Shown in pieces: positions 46,744 to 55,342 of a stretch of 64,000 nucleotides of DNA. The notes beneath the pieces were generated by a model that was not told where the DNA came from, made no database searches, and saw nothing but the letters and a program-made list of their open reading frames with translations. The stretch is from NCBI GenBank assembly GCA_031458695.1, contig JAVKJW010000001.1, positions 1 to 64,000 of the forward strand. The letters are read 5' to 3'. Every line of letters starts with the position of its first letter. Position 1 is the first letter of the stretch. The stretch is from Candidatus Thermofontivivens primus (lineage in GTDB: Bacteria; Sysuimicrobiota; Sysuimicrobiia; Sysuimicrobiales; Thermofontiviventaceae). The position numbers and the translations under genes were made by a program.

Positions 46744-47532
46744 ATGCCAGAGGTTCAATCGCACGGGATACGCATCAGCTACGATGATTACGGCCAGGGA
46801 GAGCCGGCGCTCCTCTTCATGCCCGGCTGGTGTTCTAGTCGCAGAGTCTTTGACGAACTCACCCGGCGCTGCGCCCAATGGAGGCGCACACTTGCCATCG
46901 ACTGGCGCGGGCATGGACAGTCGGAGAGACCCACCGATGATTTCGGAGCCAGCGACCTCGCTGACGATGCCCTCGCCGTGGTCGAAGCGAGCCAGGCGGA
47001 CCGGGTGGTGCCCGTCGCGCTGGCCCATGCAGGCTGGATCGCCATCGAGCTGCGCCGCAGGCTGGGTGCTCGTATCCCAAAGCTCGTGCTGCTCGACTGG
47101 ATCGTCCTCGAAGCACCACCGCCCTTTCTTGGGGCACTGCAGTCGCTCCAGGATCCGGCCTTGTGGCAGCAAACGCGCGAGCAACTCTTCTCCATGTGGC
47201 TCCAGGGACTGGACATTCCTGCGTTGACCCACTTTGTGCGCGAGGATATGGGCTCGTATCCCTTTGAGATGTGGGCCCGCGCAGGCCGCGAGATCGGCGC
47301 CGCGTATGCAAAGGCCGGGAGCCCCCTCCAGGCCCTAGCCAGCTTGGACCCTCCCGTGCCGGTGCTCCATCTGTACGCTCAGCCAGAAGACCCAGGATAC
47401 CTGGCTGCACAGCGCTCGTTTGGTGCCGCGCATCCGTGGTTCCAGGTGCTGAAGCTCCAAGCGCGTAGCCACTTCCCCATGTATGAAGTGCCGGACGAGA
47501 TGGCGATGGCTATCGAGAGATTTGCAGCTTAA
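46744..47532 (+). CDS. Alpha/beta-hydrolase-fold cofactor-free dioxygenase, Hod/Qdo/AqdC-like
   Basis: PGWC, WRGHG, PVALAHAGW, LDW, LF.MW, W.RAGREI..AY...GSP, H.YAQP, HPWF, SHFP: collinear with Hod as recalled. Confidence 0.75.
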   Translation: MPEVQSHGIRISYDDYGQGEPALLFMPGWCSSRRVFDELTRRCAQWRRTLAIDWRGHGQSERPTDDFGASDLADDALAVVEASQADRVVPVALAHAGWIAIELRRRLGARIPKLVLLDWIVLEAPPPFLGALQSLQDPALWQQTREQLFSMWLQGLDIPALTHFVREDMGSYPFEMWARAGREIGAAYAKAGSPLQALASLDPPVPVLHLYAQPEDPGYLAAQRSFGAAHPWFQVLKLQARSHFPMYEVPDEMAMAIERFAA

Positions 47533-47698
47533 TTCAGGGGCTCCGTCAAGAGGTGTGTAAATGTCCAGGCGGCGACCTCCTTTTCCGTGACCTCAATGCC
47601 ATCCTCGTAGCCGTAGACCTCGGTCAGCAAGTCGGGGACATTTTTCTGGGAACTGGAATCCATATTGCGCTGTGTCGATGATACCCCGTGTGTTTGTT

Positions 47699-47758
47699 GC
47701 GGCCATCCTCCTCTTCGCTCTCTGCCCGGATGCCACCAGGATCCCGGGTCTCCGGTGA
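47699..47758 (+). repeat. Degenerate second copy of the coxD 3' end (46443-46502)
   Basis: Ungapped 49/60 identity counted by hand; AAILLFALCPDATRIPGLR* vs AAILFFALVPDATRLPGLR*. Confidence 0.85.
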
Positions 47759-47767
47759 AGGGGGATA

Positions 47768-48796
47768 TTACTCACCAAGCCATTCCTGTGCAGGTATACT
47801 TAGGAACTCCTCCACAGGGATCCCTTACCCGCCTACCAGGAGCTTCCGAACAGACCGGTAGGTGCGTGCAAACAGCTCCATGCCGGGAAGCGACTCCTTG
47901 CGCCTCCCGCTTGTGACCTCAATGGCCACTAGATGGCCATTCCCGTGAAGGACGTAATCCACCTCATGCCCGTGCTCCCGCTAGTAGAACACCTCAACGC
48001 CTGTACCAGCAAGGCTGTTGACGAGATAGGCACCTACGGCCGATCCCACAAGGCGACCCCAGAATTCCGGATCCCCCCGTGCCTTCTCGAAGGGACGGTC
48101 CGAAGATGCTGTCATCAATGCAGTATTGAGCACAAGCAACTTGGGGCTTGATCCTCGCTGCCGGATGCGGGACCCGGAATACTTCTGGAGTCCCGTCACC
48201 ATCCCTGCCCCCGAAAGGAGCTGAAGGTAGTGCGCAAGAGTCGTGGTATTTCCTGCATCCTGAAGCTGGCCAAGCATTTTTTGGTAGGACAGCACCTGTC
48301 CTGAATCGTCACAAGCCAATCGAAACAGTTGCCGCAACAGCGCAGGTTTGTCCACCCTTGTGAGCAGGAGGATATCGCGGGCAAGCGCGGTCTCCACGAG
48401 GGAGTCCAGGATGTAGTGCGCCCAGCGATCTCTTTCGTCAATAAGGACGGCAGCTCCGGGGTAGCCACCGAAATACAGGTAACGATCTAGATCCCACCCA
48501 AAAGCCTGATGCATCTCCACGTAAGACCAGTGCGAGATACGGATCAGCTCAAAGCGGCCAGCAAGGCTCTCCGTGAGGCCCTCCTGGACAAGCAGCGGGG
48601 GAGACCCGAGGAGGATCACCTTAAGGTTGATGCCTGCTGCGGTGTCTTCATCCCAGAGGCGCTTGACCGTCTCCGGCCAGCCGGGAACTTTGTGTACCTC
48701 GTCAAGAACGAGCAAGCTGCCACCCTTTCCAGCCTCGCGGCTACGGATTCTCCCAACCTCCCACTGTGATGGGTCTATGTGGCGATCCAAATTCAT
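47768..48796 (-). pseudogene. AAA_14/DUF4143 ATPase pseudogene
   Basis: LVLDEVHK, LLGS, GGYPG, then VFY*REHGHEVDYV..AIEV..LLVGG*GIPVEEFL; two in-frame stops, Walker A missing. Confidence 0.8.
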
Positions 48797-48867
48797 GGTA
48801 TTGTCCTTGGCCCCTGACCTAAGTCAGTTGTGCCCATGGCACTGCGTTCTTTAAAATCCCCCCTAGA

Positions 48868-49590
48868 ATGGGGCGTCACTATCTGAAGGCTGCAATCCTA
48901 TGGATTCTCCTCACTGCGATAGGGGAGTTCCTTGCCCTTCGGATTCCTCTCTTTCCCACGGCCGCCGCAGAAGAGGCCAGGATCATTGACTCCTCGTTCA
49001 TCCTTCTCATGATCCTGGGGATCCCGGTGTTCACCTTCGTCCTGGCCGTGTTGATCTACACCCTCTCCACCTTCCGCAGCCGGGAGGAGGCGCCAGAAGA
49101 TGGTCCCCCGGTGCACGGGCGGCCTGCGGTGGCCCTGCTGTGGATTACCATTACGGCCGGCCTCGCCATCTACGTGATCTTTAACCCAGGGTTGAAGGGC
49201 CTAGCGGAGCTGAGGGCTAACCAGAGAGCCGACCTGATGGTCCGCGTAGAAGGGTCCAGGTGGTTCTGGAAGGTCACCTATCCGGAGTACGGGATCACCG
49301 CCAGGGAGATCGTGTTGCCTGTCCACAGGAGAGTTCGTTTTGAGGTCACCTCCGTCGACGTCGTCCACTCCTTCTGGGTCCCCGCCTTCCGGGTGAAAAT
49401 CGACGCCGTGCCCGGGATAGTGACCCGCGTATTCGTAACACCAACACAAACGGGGACATTTCAGGAGGACTATCACTTCCGGCTCCAGTGCGCGGAGCTG
49501 TGCGGGCTGGGCCATAGCATGATGACTGCCCCTGTGACGGTCCTGGAGCAAGGAGAATTTGACGCCTGGGTGGGTAAGGCGAAACCGTGA
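48868..49590 (+). CDS. coxB: Cytochrome c oxidase subunit II (oxidase 2)
   Basis: DVVHSFWVP, CAELCGLGHSMM. Confidence 0.95.
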   Translation: MGRHYLKAAILWILLTAIGEFLALRIPLFPTAAAEEARIIDSSFILLMILGIPVFTFVLAVLIYTLSTFRSREEAPEDGPPVHGRPAVALLWITITAGLAIYVIFNPGLKGLAELRANQRADLMVRVEGSRWFWKVTYPEYGITAREIVLPVHRRVRFEVTSVDVVHSFWVPAFRVKIDAVPGIVTRVFVTPTQTGTFQEDYHFRLQCAELCGLGHSMMTAPVTVLEQGEFDAWVGKAKP

Positions 49591-49609
49591 AGGAAAGGGG
49601 CAAGGGGTG

Positions 49610-51457
49610 ATGGCATTTGCTCCCATCCTGAGAGGGCTTGTGTGGGGGGCCCTAGGATTCCTACTCGGAGGAGGAGGCGCGGTCCTTGTCCGGCTCCTTC
49701 TGGGCCTTCCGGCGTTCCAACCGGAGCCTCTCATCACCATCGGATACTTCCCTGGCCTCCTCGGATGGCTCCTGGGCGTAGGTGCCTGGGACGTTTGGGC
49801 ACGGGAGTGGTTCGGATTGCCGGTGAGGCGGGAGGCCGTCTATGACTGGCGGAGGTACTTCCGGTTCACCACCGACCACAAGGTCATCGGGGTCCAGTAC
49901 CTGGTCACCTTCGTGGTTCTGTTCCTCCTCGCAGGCTTCTTCGCCATGCTCATGCGCATCGAGCTGATGGCACCCGGCCCGACGATCATGTCGGCGGGCC
50001 TGTACAACCACATCATGAGCATGCACGGGATCATCATGATCGCCGTGGCTGTTGCAGCGATCATCGGAGGGCTCGGGAACTTCGCCGTCCCCCTCCTCAT
50101 CGGGGCCGAGGATATGGCCTTCCCGCGCATCAACGCCCTGAGCTACTGGCTGATCCCCCCCGTGGCTGTTCTCCTGGTCTCCACATTCTTTGCAGGCGGT
50201 TTTGATTCGGGGTGGACGGCTTACCCACCGCTCAGTGAGGTGAATGCACCAGGGCAGGTCTTGTTCAACCTTGCTGTGATCACCTTCGGCTTCTCCTCGA
50301 TTCTCGGAGCTCTCAACTTCCTCGCCACGATCCTCCGGCTGCGAGCTCCTGGAATGACTTGGAGAAGGCTTCCGATCTTCGTGTGGTCGATCTTCGCGGC
50401 GTCTTTCATCAGCCTCACGGCCACCCAGTTCCTGGCCGCCGGGCTCCTCATGATCCTCCTCGATAGGGAGGCGGGGATGACGTTCTTCAACGCCGCAAGG
50501 GGAGGTGCACCTCTCCTTTACCAGCACATCTTCTGGTTTTACTCCCACCCAGCGGTGTACATCATGATCCTCCCAGCATTCGGCTTGGCGCTGGAGATCC
50601 TCCCGCACTTCTCCCGGAAACCGCTCTACGCCTACCCTTGGCTCGTGGCGGGCTTCTTCGGCATCGTCTTCCTCAGCTTCATCGTCTGGGCGCACCACTT
50701 GTTCACCAGCGGCATGCCCGATTACCTCCATGGACCCTTCATGGCGACAACGGAGCTGATCTCCATCCCGACAGGCCTCGTCTTCCTCTCCGCGCTGGGC
50801 ACCATCTGGATGGGCAGGCTCCGGCTAAAGACCCCGATGCTCTTTGCCCTCGGCTTTTTGTTCAACTTCCTCATCGGAGGTGTCACCGGCATCTTCAACG
50901 CTGACGTGCCGACGGACCTGCACCTCCAGGATACGTACTTCGTCGTCGGCCACTTCCACTTCACCATCATGGGCGGGATGATCTTTGCCCTCTTCGCCGG
51001 GATCTACTACTGGTTCCCCAAGATCACGGGCCGTATGTACAATGAGACACTGGGAAAGCTGCACTTCTGGTGGATGTTCCTCACCTTCAATACAACGTTC
51101 ATTCCTATGTTCTGGCTCGGCCTCTTTGGTATGAACCGCAGGATCTTTGACTACCCGCCTGCTCTGGGGTCCGTCAACCGGTTCATCTCCATCTCTGCCT
51201 TCTTGCTGGGGTCCAGCTTCGTCGTCTTCGTCTCCAACATGGTTCTGTCATGGGCCAGGGGTCCCCAAGCGGCCGCGAATCCCTGGCAGGCGCGCACGCT
51301 GGAGTGGCAGGTCCCCTCACCACCACCTGTGCACAACTTCCCTGCCCCACCCCAAGTGGTGGGGCATCCCTACGACTACGGTTTCACGAACTCCGTGCAT
51401 GCTCTGGTGGGAGTAAGCGGGGGATCTGGAGAACAAGGGGTGGACACCGATGGATGA
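49610..51457 (+). CDS. coxA: Cytochrome c oxidase subunit I, A2 type, with N-terminal TM extension
   Basis: TDHKVIG, MHG, WFYSHPAVY, WAHH, GHFH. Confidence 0.96.
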   Translation: MAFAPILRGLVWGALGFLLGGGGAVLVRLLLGLPAFQPEPLITIGYFPGLLGWLLGVGAWDVWAREWFGLPVRREAVYDWRRYFRFTTDHKVIGVQYLVTFVVLFLLAGFFAMLMRIELMAPGPTIMSAGLYNHIMSMHGIIMIAVAVAAIIGGLGNFAVPLLIGAEDMAFPRINALSYWLIPPVAVLLVSTFFAGGFDSGWTAYPPLSEVNAPGQVLFNLAVITFGFSSILGALNFLATILRLRAPGMTWRRLPIFVWSIFAASFISLTATQFLAAGLLMILLDREAGMTFFNAARGGAPLLYQHIFWFYSHPAVYIMILPAFGLALEILPHFSRKPLYAYPWLVAGFFGIVFLSFIVWAHHLFTSGMPDYLHGPFMATTELISIPTGLVFLSALGTIWMGRLRLKTPMLFALGFLFNFLIGGVTGIFNADVPTDLHLQDTYFVVGHFHFTIMGGMIFALFAGIYYWFPKITGRMYNETLGKLHFWWMFLTFNTTFIPMFWLGLFGMNRRIFDYPPALGSVNRFISISAFLLGSSFVVFVSNMVLSWARGPQAAANPWQARTLEWQVPSPPPVHNFPAPPQVVGHPYDYGFTNSVHALVGVSGGSGEQGVDTDG

Positions 51458-51653
51458 GACCAGGAAGCGCGCGCAGCTCCGTCTCGGGCTGTGGGTCTTT
51501 ATCGCCCTCATCATCTTGACGGTGGTGGAGCTATGGATCGCTTTTGCGGTGCCCAGGCCCCTCTTGTACTTGGTAGTCATCAACCTCGCAGATGCCTGGC
51601 TGATCATGGAGTACTTCATGCACCTTTCTCGGATGTGGCGCGCGGAGGAGTGA
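51450..51653 (+). CDS. Cytochrome c oxidase subunit IV-like
   Basis: 2 TM; LTVVE, EYFMHL. Confidence 0.8.
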   Translation: MDETRKRAQLRLGLWVFIALIILTVVELWIAFAVPRPLLYLVVINLADAWLIMEYFMHLSRMWRAEE

Positions 51654-52222
51654 TGGAGATGCAAACCGTTCGTGTACATGTCCCTTATGACCATACCCAC
51701 ACAAGGCGCATCGGCCTCTGGCTCTTCTTCATCTCGGAGGGATTCCTGTTCCTGGCCTTGATCTCCAGCCGCTACTACCTCTTTGGGCTATCCCGTCCCG
51801 AGGAGCTGAACCAAGCTCTTGGCCTTCTCATCACCACAATCCTCCTCCTCAGCAGCCTCACGGCCTACAGGGCCGAGACCTCCATCCTCCACGGTGATCA
51901 AGGGATGTTCCTGCGCAACACGCTGGCTACAATCCTGCTGGGAAGTCTCTTCCTGGTCGGCGTCGCGTTGGAGTGGGCGGAGGCCTTCCGCTTCTTCCCG
52001 CCGCACACGCGCTTCGGCACGATTTTCTTTACCCTGACCGGGATGCACGGGTTCCACGTTCTCAGCGGAGTCGTCCTGCTGGTCTTCCTTTACTTCCACG
52101 GGAGGCGGGGGCGGTTCGGCGTAACGAATACCTGGCCAGTGGAGGGCGTCATCAAGTACTGGCACTTTGTGGACGTGGTTTGGGTGTTCATCTATCCCAC
52201 ACTCTACCTAGTCTCGTCCTAA
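51653..52222 (+). CDS. coxC: Cytochrome c oxidase subunit III (oxidase 2)
   Basis: GLWLFFISE, TGMHGFHV, YWHFVDVVW. Confidence 0.92.
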   Translation: MEMQTVRVHVPYDHTHTRRIGLWLFFISEGFLFLALISSRYYLFGLSRPEELNQALGLLITTILLLSSLTAYRAETSILHGDQGMFLRNTLATILLGSLFLVGVALEWAEAFRFFPPHTRFGTIFFTLTGMHGFHVLSGVVLLVFLYFHGRRGRFGVTNTWPVEGVIKYWHFVDVVWVFIYPTLYLVSS

Positions 52223-52376
52223 GTATCGCTTGGCCCCTGCAGATTACCCCCTCAAAAGGAATCTTGCTGGGGCCAGATCATCCATTTGTCGAAGGCCTGG
52301 CCGCTTTTCACAAGACCAGACCGAATCCAGAAAAGTAGTTGCAAAAAGAAGACAAAGTGGATTAAAATACTCTTAA

Positions 52377-53225
52377 ATGCAGGTGGAGCTCTTCGAGCGC
52401 TTTGCCCAAGCCTCCAACCTCCGAGAACTTCTCGATGGGATGAGTCTATTGGCGGGCGGGCCGGTCCTGGTCACGGATCCAAGCGGGCGACTCCTATGCC
52501 TCCCTTCCTGCCATCCGGATTCCTGCCCCCTGCTGGAAGGTCAAAGTATGCGCTCCCCGCATTGCCCAGTGGCGCAGAAGGTGGCGGAACATGCTTGCAA
52601 TGGGGCGCGATCTCCCGTGGTGATGCGCTTCCATGGTGTACGCCATGTCGTCTCCTCCATCCAGGGTTGGGGACGCCTCCTGGGCTTCGTCATCGCAGAG
52701 GAGAGGAGCTGCGGTCCCCTGAGAGGACCCTCCTCTCAATCTCTTCGGCACTTGCGCCTGGGAGCCACGTTGCTCTCCAAGTGGATCGAGCGGGTGCTGG
52801 CCTACATAGAGCATGGTCCAGCCCTTCACTCGGAAAAGACGAACGGCCAGGATGCCCTCGATGGGCAGGTCCTGGAGGAGCTCGCCGGTTGCCGAAGGGC
52901 CTCCACAAGAGAGATCCTCAAGGAAGCGATCCTCGCCAGAAAGATCTCCCCTCATGGGGTGGCCCGCTTGCGCAGGGAGTTCGGCCTTACCTGGAGGGAG
53001 GTGGAGGTGTTCGTGCGTTATTACCTCTTTCCCCACCAGGAGGCCATTCAGAACGGGAACGCCCGGCGCTCCCTCGCGCGTCACCTTGGGATCACGGAAG
53101 GAACGCTGCGCGTCTACCTGAATGAGGTGCGCAGCAAGCTCAGCCTGCAAGCAAGGCGCGGCAGCCTGTCGATTCTCCTCTGGGCAAGGGAGGAGAGGAT
53201 TGCCCCTTCGGATATCTTATCCTAA
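52377..53225 (+). CDS. Putative regulator: Cys-rich PocR-like sensor domain plus LuxR-like HTH
   Basis: VTDPSGRLL..C..C..C..C; LTWREVEV..LARHLGITEGTLRVYLNEVRSKL. Confidence 0.55.
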   Translation: MQVELFERFAQASNLRELLDGMSLLAGGPVLVTDPSGRLLCLPSCHPDSCPLLEGQSMRSPHCPVAQKVAEHACNGARSPVVMRFHGVRHVVSSIQGWGRLLGFVIAEERSCGPLRGPSSQSLRHLRLGATLLSKWIERVLAYIEHGPALHSEKTNGQDALDGQVLEELAGCRRASTREILKEAILARKISPHGVARLRREFGLTWREVEVFVRYYLFPHQEAIQNGNARRSLARHLGITEGTLRVYLNEVRSKLSLQARRGSLSILLWAREERIAPSDILS

Positions 53226-53331
53226 TGAGTGTGCATGAATTCAGGGAGGGGAAAATGGTTTGCTTGACGAACAGAGCCGCAACCTGCGCGTATTTGCGTG
53301 GGACTTATACAACTACGGAAGGGGGATCATC

Positions 53332-53796
53332 ATGAGGAGAACCACGGTTTTGCTTATCGGGTGCCTTTTTCTGTTCGTCCTAGTGCAGGCGGGAGGAGGA
53401 GCGCCCAAAAAGCAGGAGGTCACGATTCAGCTCACAGAGTTTGCGTTCAAGCCCAATAAGATCACCTTGACCAAGGGAGTGCCTGCTGAGCTGAAACTCT
53501 CCAATAAGGGAAGCGTGACCCACGAGTTTATGGTCTACGCACCTCCAAAGGCTGGTATGTCGATGGAAGATGTGGAGAAGTGGGCGGAGGACCAGTCCTA
53601 CTTCAAGGACCTTGAAGTTACGGTCGAGGGAGCTGGCATCGAGGTCGTAGGAAAGGGCATCTTCGAGGTGGAGATCGAGGCAGGGAAATCGGCCGAGATC
53701 AAGTTCACGCCCACTAAGGCCGGGACGTTTGAGATCGGCTGCCACCTGCCCGGCCACTATGAGGCAGGGATGAAGGGAACGCTGGTCGTGAAGTAG
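53332..53796 (+). CDS. Exported cupredoxin (type 1 copper protein)
   Basis: Signal peptide, FAFKP, THEFM, CHLPGHYEAGM. Confidence 0.88.
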   Translation: MRRTTVLLIGCLFLFVLVQAGGGAPKKQEVTIQLTEFAFKPNKITLTKGVPAELKLSNKGSVTHEFMVYAPPKAGMSMEDVEKWAEDQSYFKDLEVTVEGAGIEVVGKGIFEVEIEAGKSAEIKFTPTKAGTFEIGCHLPGHYEAGMKGTLVVK

Positions 53797-53810
53797 AAAA
53801 TTCTTAGGCT

Positions 53811-54269
53811 ATGAATCGATTCCAGCGCTTGTCTGTCGCGACAGCCATTGCGGTGTACCTTCTCATCGTCCTAGGGGGCGTCGTCCGGGCGATGGGGGCG
53901 GGATTGGCGTGCCCGGACTGGCCGCTTTGCCACGGGCGGCTGATCCCGCCTCTCCAGGGCCCCATCCTTGTGGAGTATTTCCACCGCTTGGCTGCGGCCG
54001 TTGTGAGCGTGCTCGTGGTGATCACTGCTATCGAGGCCTGGCGGAGGGAACGCCATCATAGAACCATCGTCTTCCTGGCTTCCGTGGCGGTGATCCTCCT
54101 GGTCATCCAGGTATTCCTTGGCGGCTTCACGGTACTCACCAAGCTCCACCGCGCCTTGACCGCGGCCCACCTGGCGACGGCCGCGGCCCTGCTGGCTGTC
54201 GTCGTCCTTCTGGCGAGCCTGAGCTTCCGAACCCCCGCCCCGATCTCCGGAGGATCTCGAAGAAGATGA
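53811..54269 (+). CDS. ctaA: Heme A synthase, compact 4-TM form
   Basis: GG.VR..GAGLACPDWPLCHG, EYFHR, Q..LGG, H; only 152 aa. Confidence 0.85.
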   Translation: MNRFQRLSVATAIAVYLLIVLGGVVRAMGAGLACPDWPLCHGRLIPPLQGPILVEYFHRLAAAVVSVLVVITAIEAWRRERHHRTIVFLASVAVILLVIQVFLGGFTVLTKLHRALTAAHLATAAALLAVVVLLASLSFRTPAPISGGSRRR

Positions 54270-55141
54270 CGGGCTACACGTTCCCTCACTCCTTCCTTGA
54301 CTACCTCAGCCTCACCAAGCCGAGGATTGTCTTCCTCCTCTTGGTTACCACGTTCACGACCATGTTCATGGCGGCGCAAGGAAGGCCCCCTCTCCTTCTG
54401 AGCCTATGGACGCTCCTTGGGGGGGCACTTGCAGCTGGGGCAGCCAACGCCATCAACTGTTACCTCGACAGGGACATCGATGCAATCATGGCCCGCACGC
54501 GCAAGCGGCCACTCCCCGCAGGACGGTTGAAAGATCGGCATGCTCTATGGTTTGGGGTCTTCCTCTCGGCCGCCTCATTCGTTGTGTTGGCCCTGCTCGT
54601 CAACCTCCTCAGCGCCTTGCTCGCGGTTGCGGGTATCGTGTACTACGACGCCATCTACACAGCTTGGTTGAAGCGCAGGACCCCTCAAAACATCGTGATC
54701 GGGGGTGCGGCGGGAGCAATTGCTCCGCTTCTGGGGTGGTCCGCCGTCACGGGCCGCCTGGAATTCCCCGCCTTCCTCCTCTCCCTCATCATCTTCTTGT
54801 GGACGCCTCCCCACTTCTGGTCCCTGGCTTTAAACCAAGCTCAGGACTACCAGAGGGCGGGCATTCCTATGCTCCCTGCCATCTCCGGGGAGCAGGAGAC
54901 TTCCCGGCAAATCGTGCTCTACACCTTCACTCTCGTCCCAGCGACACTCCTCCTCTATCCCTTTGAGGTCGTGGGGAAGGTCTACTTCCTCGCAGCGCTC
55001 CTCCTCAATGGAGGGCTCCTGTTCTTTGCTCTGAACCTCCTCCTGCACCCGCACCGGCAATCGGCTTGGCGTCTCTTCTACTACTCCAACGTCTACTTAG
55101 CCCTGCTCTTCCTCGCCCTGGTGGTGGACCGCCTCGCCTGA
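54266..55141 (+). CDS. ctaB: Protoheme IX farnesyltransferase (heme O synthase)
   Basis: LTKPRI, DRDIDAIM.RT..RP, NIVIGG, WTPPHFW. Confidence 0.95.
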   Translation: MTGYTFPHSFLDYLSLTKPRIVFLLLVTTFTTMFMAAQGRPPLLLSLWTLLGGALAAGAANAINCYLDRDIDAIMARTRKRPLPAGRLKDRHALWFGVFLSAASFVVLALLVNLLSALLAVAGIVYYDAIYTAWLKRRTPQNIVIGGAAGAIAPLLGWSAVTGRLEFPAFLLSLIIFLWTPPHFWSLALNQAQDYQRAGIPMLPAISGEQETSRQIVLYTFTLVPATLLLYPFEVVGKVYFLAALLLNGGLLFFALNLLLHPHRQSAWRLFYYSNVYLALLFLALVVDRLA

Positions 55142-55342
55142 GGCACACCGAAGGAATCGGTGGAAAGATCCTTTTTACCGGGAGCCCTCTCTCGAAAAAG
55201 GCGGTAGTCGTTCCCGGGGAAGGAATACGGAGTCCCTTGGAAGAAGAGCTTATCTAGCTGTTTAAAGTAGCCCATGATCCCGCCTGGAATCCCGTTCGGG
55301 AGAGGATGCGGGAGAAGGAATATGGAGTGAGGGGGGATCTCC

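Noticed and set aside
47981..47983. TAG read-through (pyrrolysine/recoding) in the DUF4143 gene
   Set aside because: A second in-frame stop and missing Walker A indicate decay; TAG sits where Trp (TGG) is expected.
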